This document shows positions 1 to 5,447 of a stretch of 5,447 nt of DNA, one piece after another. Source of the DNA: a virus (lineage: Duplodnaviria > Heunggongvirae > Uroviricota > Caudoviricetes); IMG/VR virus record IMGVR_UViG_2671180669_000012. The stretch is one strand, 5' to 3'. Under the pieces are notes generated by a model. That model had not been told where the DNA came from. It searched no databases and saw nothing but the letters and a program-made list of their open reading frames with translations. How positions within the stretch are numbered: the stretch's first letter is position 1; each line of letters starts with the position of its first letter. The position numbers were made by a program, and so were the translations under genes.

Positions 1-101
1 GGAAAGCGGACAGCATCAGTAACGAAAGTATTTAGCGGGCATGAAAATGGCAAATAACGGTCAAACATCGTGGCGTTGACAACGGGCAGACGCTGACGTT
101 C

Positions 102-2504
102 GTGCAGGACCGACCGTCGGATAAGGTGTGGACCTATAACCGCAGTAATGTGGTGATGCCGGATGATGGCGCGCCGTTCCGCTACAGCTTCAGCGCCCTG
201 AAGGACCGTCATAATGCCGTTGAGGTGAACTGGATTGACCCGAATAACGGCTGGGAGACGGCGACAGAGCTTGTTGAAGATACGCAGGCCATTGCCCGTT
301 ACGGTCGTAATGTCACGAAGATGGATGCCTTTGGCTGTACCAGCCGGGGGCAGGCACACCGCGCCGGGCTGTGGCTGATTAAAACTGAACTGCTGGAGAC
401 GCAGACCGTGGATTTCAGCGTGGGTGCTGAAGGGCTTCGCCATGTACCGGGCGATGTCATTGAAATCTGTGATGATGACTATGCGGGTATCAGCATCGGC
501 GGGCGCGTGCTGGCGGTGAACAGCCAGACGCGGACACTGACGCTCGACCGTGAAATCACGCTGCCATCCTCCGGCACCACGCTGATAAGCCTGGTTGACG
601 GACAGGGGAATCCGGTCAGCGTGGAGGTCCAGTCCGTCACCGACGGCGTGAAGGTGAAAGTGAGCCGGGTTCCTGACGGCGTTGCAGAATACAGCGTGTG
701 GGGGCTGAAGCTGCCGACGCTGCGCCAGCGCCTGTTCCGCTGCGTGAGTATCCGTGAGAACGATGACGGTACGTATGCCATCACTGCCGTGCAGCATGTG
801 CCGGAGAAAGAAGCCATCGTGGATAACGGGGCGCACTTTGACGGCGACCAGAGCGGCACGGTGAATGGTGTCACTCCGCCAGCAGTGCAACACCTGACCG
901 CAGAAGTCACCGCAGACAGCGGGGAATACCAGGTGCTGGCGCGCTGGGATACGCCGAAGGTGGTGAAGGGCGTGAGCTTTATGCTTCGCCTGACCGTGGC
1001 AGCGGATGACGGCAGTGAGCGGCTGGTCAGCACAGCCCGGACGACGGAAACCACATACCGCTTCAGGCAGCTGGCTCTGGGAAATTACAGTCTGACAGTC
1101 CGGGCGGTAAATGCGTGGGGGCAGCAGGGCGATCCGGCGTCGGTATCGTTCCGGATTGCCGCACCGGCAGCGCCATCGCGGATTGAGCTGACGCCGGGCT
1201 ATTTTCAGATAACCGCCACGCCGCATCTTGCGGTTTATGATCCGACGGTACAGTTTGAGTTCTGGTTCTCGGAAAAGCGGATTGCGGATATCAGGCAGGT
1301 TGAAACCAGCGCGCGTTATCTTGGTACGGCGCTGCACTGGATAGCCGCCAGTATCAATATCAAACCGGGCCATGATTATTATTTTTACGTTCGCAGTGTG
1401 AACACCGTTGGCAAATCGGCATTCGTGGAGGCTGTCGGTCGGGCGAGCGATGATGCGGAAGGTTACCTGGATTTTTTCAAAGGAGAAATCGGGAAAGCAC
1501 ATCTGGCCCAGGAGCTGTGGACGCAGGTTGATAACGGTCAGCTTGCGCCTGATCTGGCTGAAATCAGGACGTCCATTACGAATGTCAGCAATGAAATCAC
1601 GCAGACCGTCAATAAAAAACTGGAAAATCAGAGCGCGGCAATCCAGCAGATACAGAAAGTTCAGGTTGATACAAATAATAACCTGAACAGCATGTGGGCC
1701 GTGAAACTGCAGCAGATGAAGGACGGACGCCTTTATATTGCGGGTATCGGAGCCGGTATTGAGAATACGCCAGCAGGTATGCAGAGTCAGGTGCTTCTGG
1801 CTGCTGACCGGATTGCGATGATTAATCCTGCGAATGGCAACACAAAGCCGATGTTTGTTGGTCAGGGCGATCAGATATTCATGAACGAAGTGTTCCTGAA
1901 ATACCTGACGGCTCCCACCATTACCAGCGGCGGTAATCCTCCGGCATTTTCCCTGACACCGGACGGGCGGCTGACGGCGAAAAATGCCGATATCAGCGGT
2001 AACGTGAATGCGAACTCCGGGACGCTCAACAACGTCACGATTAACGAAAACTGTCGGGTTCTGGGAAAACTGTCCGCCAACCAGATTGAAGGCGATCTCG
2101 TTAAAACAGTGGGCAAAGCTTTCCCCCGGGACTCCCGTGCACCGGAGCGGTGGCCATCAGGGACCATTACCGTCAGGGTTTATGACGATCAGCCGTTTGA
2201 CCGGCAGATTGTTATTCCGGCGGTGGCATTCAGCGGCGCTAAACATGAGAAAGAGCATACTGATATTTACTCCTCATGCCGTCTGATAGTGCGGAAAAAC
2301 GGTGCTGAAATTTATAACCGTACCGCGCTGGATAATACGCTGATTTACAGTGGTGTTATTGATATGCCTGCCGGTCACGGTCACATGACACTGGAGTTTT
2401 CGGTGTCAGCATGGCTGGTGAATAACTGGTATCCCACAGCAAGTATCAGCGATTTGCTGGTTGTGGTGATGAAGAAAGCCACCGCAGGCATCAGTATCAG
2501 CTGA
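102..2504 (+). CDS. J: Host specificity protein J (lambda gpJ-like central tail fibre), C-terminal ~800 aa only; 5'-disrupted, probably a gene remnant or pseudogene
   Basis: 800-codon ORF ending at TGA 2502-2504. The translation ([106 protein letters not shown]...) is near-identical, as far as I recall, to the central part of lambda gpJ (about 1130 aa full length). In this frame there are stops at 33-35 (TAG) and 42-44 (TGA), and the other two forward frames are also closed within the first 80 nt. The first in-frame start is GTG at 102 with no Shine-Dalgarno sequence. J-like coding appears to begin around nt 81 (NGQTLTF). Confidence 0.85.
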   Translation: MQDRPSDKVWTYNRSNVVMPDDGAPFRYSFSALKDRHNAVEVNWIDPNNGWETATELVEDTQAIARYGRNVTKMDAFGCTSRGQAHRAGLWLIKTELLETQTVDFSVGAEGLRHVPGDVIEICDDDYAGISIGGRVLAVNSQTRTLTLDREITLPSSGTTLISLVDGQGNPVSVEVQSVTDGVKVKVSRVPDGVAEYSVWGLKLPTLRQRLFRCVSIRENDDGTYAITAVQHVPEKEAIVDNGAHFDGDQSGTVNGVTPPAVQHLTAEVTADSGEYQVLARWDTPKVVKGVSFMLRLTVAADDGSERLVSTARTTETTYRFRQLALGNYSLTVRAVNAWGQQGDPASVSFRIAAPAAPSRIELTPGYFQITATPHLAVYDPTVQFEFWFSEKRIADIRQVETSARYLGTALHWIAASINIKPGHDYYFYVRSVNTVGKSAFVEAVGRASDDAEGYLDFFKGEIGKAHLAQELWTQVDNGQLAPDLAEIRTSITNVSNEITQTVNKKLENQSAAIQQIQKVQVDTNNNLNSMWAVKLQQMKDGRLYIAGIGAGIENTPAGMQSQVLLAADRIAMINPANGNTKPMFVGQGDQIFMNEVFLKYLTAPTITSGGNPPAFSLTPDGRLTAKNADISGNVNANSGTLNNVTINENCRVLGKLSANQIEGDLVKTVGKAFPRDSRAPERWPSGTITVRVYDDQPFDRQIVIPAVAFSGAKHEKEHTDIYSSCRLIVRKNGAEIYNRTALDNTLIYSGVIDMPAGHGHMTLEFSVSAWLVNNWYPTASISDLLVVVMKKATAGISIS

Positions 2505-2522
2505 ATTTTATAACCCATATAC

Positions 2523-2550
2523 GGGCGCCAGAAATGGCGCCTTTTTTATT
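2523..2550 (+). terminator. Putative Rho-independent terminator downstream of J
   Basis: Perfect GC-rich inverted repeat GGCGCC (2524-2529) / GGCGCC (2536-2541) around a 6-nt loop AGAAAT, followed immediately by TTTTTT (2542-2547). Sits 19 nt after the J stop codon. Confidence 0.6.
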
Positions 2551-2571
2551 GCAGAAAAGCGAGAGGTAATT

Positions 2572-2643
2572 ATGCGTAAAGTTTGTGCAGCCATTTTGTC
2601 CGCAGCCATCTGTCTGTCCGTATCCGGTGCGCCTGCATGGGCG
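2572..2643 (+). other. Sec signal peptide of Lom (24 codons)
   Basis: Positively charged N-terminus (MRK), hydrophobic core (VCAAILSAAICLSV), then A-W-A before SEHQ, a typical signal peptidase I site. Predicted by eye only. Confidence 0.6.
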
Positions 2644-3171
2644 TCTGAACATCAGTCCACACTGAGCGCGGGGTATCTTCATGCCCGTACGAACGCTCCC
2701 GGCAGCGATAATCTGAACGGGATTAACGTGAAATACCGTTATGAGTTTACGGACGCGCTGGGGCTGATTACGTCCTTCAGTTATGCCAATGCTGAGGATG
2801 AGCAAAAAACGCACTACAGCGATACCCGCTGGCATGAAGATTCCGTGCGTAACCGCTGGTTCAGCGTGATGGCGGGGCCGTCTGTACGCGTGAATGAATG
2901 GTTCAGCGCGTATGCGATGGTGGGTGTGGCTTACAGCCGTGTGTCGACTTTCTCCGGGGATTATCTCCGCGTAACTGACAACAAGGGGAAAACGCACGAT
3001 GTGCTGACCGGAAGTGATGACGGTCGCCACAGCAACACGTCTCTGGCGTGGGGGGCTGGCGTGCAGTTTAACCCGACCGAATCCGTGACCATTGACCTTG
3101 CTTATGAAGGTTCCGGTAGTGGCGACTGGCGAACGGATGCATTTATTGTTGGTATCGGATACCGTTTCTGA
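2572..3171 (+). CDS. lom: Lom-like outer membrane beta-barrel protein (Ail/Lom/PagC family), prophage moron
   Basis: 199-aa ORF with ATG at 2572 preceded by GAGAGG (2561-2566). N-terminal signal peptide MRKVCAAILSAAICLSVSGAPAWA with an AxA cleavage motif. Motifs shared with lambda Lom as I recall it: GINVKYRYE, VMAGP, SAYAM-GVA-SR, IDLAYEGSGSGDWRTDAFIVGIGYRF with the C-terminal Phe typical of OMP barrels. Position between J and stf matches lambda gene order. Confidence 0.9.
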   Translation: MRKVCAAILSAAICLSVSGAPAWASEHQSTLSAGYLHARTNAPGSDNLNGINVKYRYEFTDALGLITSFSYANAEDEQKTHYSDTRWHEDSVRNRWFSVMAGPSVRVNEWFSAYAMVGVAYSRVSTFSGDYLRVTDNKGKTHDVLTGSDDGRHSNTSLAWGAGVQFNPTESVTIDLAYEGSGSGDWRTDAFIVGIGYRF

Positions 3172-3275
3172 CAACAGACGCCGATTTATCTTCTGTAAAT
3201 ATTGTTATGATACGCAGGTTCATCCACCTTATGGGGTGAACTGCGTTTGAGGAAACGTAAAGTTACACTGTCCTG

Positions 3276-3310
3276 AAGCCCGTGGCGTCACTGCTGCGGG
3301 CTTTTTTTAT
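3276..3310 (+). terminator. Putative Rho-independent terminator downstream of lom
   Basis: AAGCCCG (3276-3282) pairs with CGGGCTT (3297-3303) around a 14-nt loop, followed by a run of seven T (3302-3308). Lies 105 nt after the lom stop and 13 nt before the stf start. Confidence 0.5.
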
Positions 3311-3322
3311 TGGTGGAAAAGT

Positions 3323-5254
3323 ATGACAGTAAAAATTTCTGGCGTGCTTAAAGATGGCACAGGAAAACCAGTACAGAACTGCACCATTGTGCTGAAGGCC
3401 AGACGAACCAGCAGCACGGTGGTGGTGAACACGGTGGCCTCTGAAAATCCGGATGAAGCCGGACGTTACAGCATGGATGTTGAGCATGGCCAGTACAGCG
3501 TCACCCTGCTGGTTGAAGGTTTTCCGCCTTCACATGCCGGGATCATTACCGTCTATGAAGGTTCCAGACCCGGTACGCTGAATGATTTTCTCGGTGCCAT
3601 GACGGAGGATGATGTCCGACCGGAGGCACTGCGCCGCTTTGAGCAGATGGTGGAAGAGGTGTCACGTAACGCCTCCGCGGTTGCACAGAACACGGCAGCC
3701 GCGAAGAAGTCAGCCAGCGATGCCAGCATATCTGCCAGTGAGGCGGCAACCCATGCGACTGATGCTGCAGGCTCAGCACGTGCAGCCAGCACATCAGCCG
3801 GGCAGGCCGCGACGTCGGCTCAGTCAGCGTCTTCCAGCGCAGGAACGGCATCAACAAAGGCTACTGAAGCATCAAAAAGTGCTGCCGCTGCAGAGTCCTC
3901 AAAAAGAGCGGTGGCTACCAGTGCCGGTGCGGCGAAAACGTCAGAAACGAATGCGGCTGCGTCACAACAATCAGCAGCCACTTCTGCATCCACCGCGACC
4001 ACGAAAGCGTCAGAAGCAGCCACTTCAGCACGGGATGCGGCGGCCTCAAAAGAGGCAGCGAAGACATCCGAAACGAATGCGAAAGCCTCGGAAACCAGCG
4101 CAGAATCCTCAAAAACGGCTGCCGCATCGTCCGCCAGTTCGGCGGCGTCATCGGCATCATCTGCGTCTGCTTCAAAAGATGAGGCGACCAGACAGGCGTC
4201 AGCAGCAAAGGGCAGCGCCACGACGGCATCCACGAAGGCGACAGAGGCAGCTGGCAGTGCGACGGCGGCAGCTCAGAGCAAAAGTACGGCGGAATCCGCG
4301 GCAACGCGCGCCGAGACAGCGGCAAAACGGGCAGAGGATATTGCATCCGCCGTGGCGCTTGAGGATGCGAGCACGACGAAAAAGGGGATAGTACAGCTCA
4401 GCAGTGCGACCAACAGTACGTCTGAAACGCTGGCGGCAACGCCAAAGGCAGTAAAATCAGCCTATGACAATGCAGAGAAACGTCTGCAGAAAGACCAGAA
4501 CGGCGCTGATATACCCGATAAGGGACGCTTCCTGAACAACATTAACGCGGTCAGTAAAACAGACTTTGCTGATAAGCGTGGTATGCGTTATGTGCGGGTT
4601 AACGCTCCTGCAGGTGCAACATCTGGAAAATATTACCCTGTTGTTGTTATGCGTTCTGCTGGCTCAGTAAGCGAACTGGCATCAAGGGTCATTATCACCA
4701 CGGCAACGCGAACCGCAGGCGATCCGATGAATAACTGCGAGTTTAACGGATTTGTTATGCCTGGTGGCTGGACTGACAGGGGGCGTTATGCTTATGGAAT
4801 GTTCTGGCAATATCAAAACAATGAACGAGCCATCCACTCAATAATGATGAGTAATAAGGGCGATGATTTGCGCTCTGTGTTCTATGTTGATGGCGCTGCT
4901 TTCCCTGTTTTTGCGTTTATCGAAGATGGCCTGTCAATATCCGCACCTGGTGCTGATCTCGTTGTTAATGATACGACCTATAAGTTTGGGGCAACAAATC
5001 CAGCGACTGAATGTATCGCGGCGGACGTTATCCTTGATTTTAAGAGTGGGCGTGGTTTTTATGAGTCTCATTCGTTAATCGTTAACGATAATTTGTCGTG
5101 CAAAAAACTTTTTGCCACAGACGAAATTGTAGCGCGTGGTGGTAATCAGATTCGAATGATAGGTGGGGAGTATGGTGCATTATGGCGTAATGATGGCGCT
5201 AAAACTTACCTGCTGCTTACCAATCAAGGTGATGTTTATGAAGTGGCACACTGA
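3323..5254 (+). CDS. stf: Side tail fibre protein (lambda Stf N-terminus with Rac StfR-like distal region), 3'-truncated by IS insertion; the last codons and the stop lie inside the IS
   Basis: 643-codon ORF, ATG at 3323 with GGTGGA 5 nt upstream. The N-terminus MTVKISGVLKDGTGKPVQNCTIVLKARR...GQYSVTLLVEGFPPSHAGIITVYEGSRPGTLNDFL matches lambda Stf (orf-401) as I recall it. It contains the conserved tail-fibre motif KKGIVQLSSATNSTSETLAATPKAVK (about 4373-4456). The downstream region (NCEFNGFVMPGGWTDRGRYAYGMFWQYQNNERAIHS..., GGEYGALWRNDGAKTYLLLTNQGD) resembles Rac StfR-type fibres. Intact homologues are about 770-1120 aa; here the frame runs into the IS911 inverted repeat and stops at TGA 5252-5254. 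Confidence 0.85.
   Translation: MTVKISGVLKDGTGKPVQNCTIVLKARRTSSTVVVNTVASENPDEAGRYSMDVEHGQYSVTLLVEGFPPSHAGIITVYEGSRPGTLNDFLGAMTEDDVRPEALRRFEQMVEEVSRNASAVAQNTAAAKKSASDASISASEAATHATDAAGSARAASTSAGQAATSAQSASSSAGTASTKATEASKSAAAAESSKRAVATSAGAAKTSETNAAASQQSAATSASTATTKASEAATSARDAAASKEAAKTSETNAKASETSAESSKTAAASSASSAASSASSASASKDEATRQASAAKGSATTASTKATEAAGSATAAAQSKSTAESAATRAETAAKRAEDIASAVALEDASTTKKGIVQLSSATNSTSETLAATPKAVKSAYDNAEKRLQKDQNGADIPDKGRFLNNINAVSKTDFADKRGMRYVRVNAPAGATSGKYYPVVVMRSAGSVSELASRVIITTATRTAGDPMNNCEFNGFVMPGGWTDRGRYAYGMFWQYQNNERAIHSIMMSNKGDDLRSVFYVDGAAFPVFAFIEDGLSISAPGADLVVNDTTYKFGATNPATECIAADVILDFKSGRGFYESHSLIVNDNLSCKKLFATDEIVARGGNQIRMIGGEYGALWRNDGAKTYLLLTNQGDVYEVAH
3668..4357 (+). repeat. 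Ala/Ser/Thr-rich low-complexity region of the Stf shaft with degenerate internal repeats
   Basis: Stf residues about 116-345 are almost entirely A/S/T/K/E. Repeated motifs: AKTSETNA at residues 204-211 and 246-253 (nt about 3932 and 4058, spacing 126 nt); TASTKATEA at residues 175-183 and 301-309; ESSK-A at 191-195 and 261-265. The GCN/TCN/ACN codon bias leaves overlapping frames free of stops. Confidence 0.7.
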
Positions 5255-5274
5255 ATTTGGCCACCTGAACAGAG
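5239..5274 (+). repeat. IS911 left terminal inverted repeat (IRL)
   Basis: Terminal about 36 bp starting with TGAAGTGG, recognised from memory of the IS911 IRL. The exact inner boundary is uncertain. Confidence 0.7.
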
Positions 5275-5310
5275 GTGATATGCTCACCTCAGAACAACAC
5301 AGGTGCTCCA

Positions 5311-5447
5311 ATGAAAAAAAGAAATTTCAGCGCAGAGTTTAAACGCGAATCCGCTCAACTGGTTGTTGACCAGAACTACACGGTGGCAGATGCCGCCAAA
5401 GCTATGGATGTTGGCCTTTCCACAATGACAAGATGGGTCAAACAACT
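5311..5447 (+). CDS. insN: IS911 OrfA (helix-turn-helix transposase subunit / regulator), 5' part; 3' end off window
   Basis: ATG at 5311. The translation [45 protein letters not shown] matches the N-terminus of IS911 OrfA (InsN in E. coli K-12 nomenclature) including its HTH region. The ORF is open to the window end. Confidence 0.85.
   Translation, partial: MKKRNFSAEFKRESAQLVVDQNYTVADAAKAMDVGLSTMTRWVKQ

Larger units (their letters stand above)
5239..5447 (+). mobile_element. IS911-like insertion sequence (IS3 family), left end only; continues beyond the window
   Basis: The sequence from 5239, TGAAGTGGCACACTGAATTTGGCCACCTGAACAGAGG, matches the IS911 left inverted repeat as I recall it, with the TG...CA-type terminus typical of the IS3 family. 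It is followed about 72 nt later by an orfA whose product matches IS911 OrfA. The right end and any target-site duplication are outside the window. Confidence 0.85.

Noticed and set aside
479-1054. 191-aa minus-strand ORF, and small ORFs at 1408-1686 (+), 1871-2167 (-) and 2008-2286 (+), inside the J gene
   Set aside because: They overlap the strongly supported J reading frame, have no start context and no recognisable motifs. They are typical spurious frames within a long GC-rich gene.
2497-3174. 225-aa antisense ORF on the minus strand covering almost exactly the lom gene
   Set aside because: The translation is Arg/His/Cys-rich with no recognisable motif, there is no plausible RBS, and it fully overlaps a well-supported OMP gene. 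It is most likely a chance open frame on the complement of a codon-biased gene.
3185-3212. Possible sigma70 promoter (TTTATC, 16-nt spacer, TATGAT) between lom and stf as an annotated feature
   Set aside because: The -35 matches consensus at only 3 of 6 positions, and a terminator lies between it and stf. It is too weak to annotate, so I kept it only as a low-interest hypothesis in the findings.
3263-3487. 74-aa minus-strand ORF spanning the stf start region
   Set aside because: It overlaps the stf start and the upstream terminator, has no RBS and a His/Arg-rich junk-like translation.
3609-4391. 260-aa extremely Arg/Pro/Gln-rich ORF on the + strand, plus minus-strand ORFs 3820-4233 and 3915-4346, inside stf
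   Set aside because: All lie within the Ala/Ser/Thr-rich repeat region of stf, where GC-rich repetitive codons remove stops from every frame. The products are low-complexity and not protein-like, so these are compositional artefacts.
4863-5078. 71-aa + strand ORF within the stf distal domain
   Set aside because: Out-of-frame overlap with stf; hydrophobic low-complexity translation arising from stf codon composition.
1-5447. Looked for a novel defence or toxin system, CRISPR array, tRNA or attachment site
   Set aside because: Every substantial ORF is accounted for by J, lom, stf or IS911 orfA. There are no direct-repeat/spacer arrays, no tRNA-like cloverleaf candidates and no unexplained gene-sized open frames, so proposing a new system here would be unsupported.

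Overview
The window is a lambdoid prophage tail-tip / host-range module that appears partly decayed. It contains, in order on the + strand: the C-terminal ~800 codons of a lambda J-like host specificity (central tail fibre) gene whose reading frame is closed just upstream (102..2504); an intrinsic terminator; an intact lom-like outer-membrane protein gene (2572..3171); a second terminator; a lambda Stf-like side tail fibre gene (3323..5254) cut short by the left end of an IS911-like IS3-family insertion sequence (from about 5239, orfA from 5311 running off the window). Protein comparisons are from my memory of lambda J, Lom, Stf, Rac StfR and IS911, not from a database search. I see no CRISPR array, tRNA or rRNA, and no evidence for a novel defence or toxin system. 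The points worth a second look are the junctions and mosaic boundaries: the J 5' breakpoint, the divergent J receptor-binding tail, the Stf distal-domain swap, the IS911 disruption, and the terminator-flanked lom cassette.
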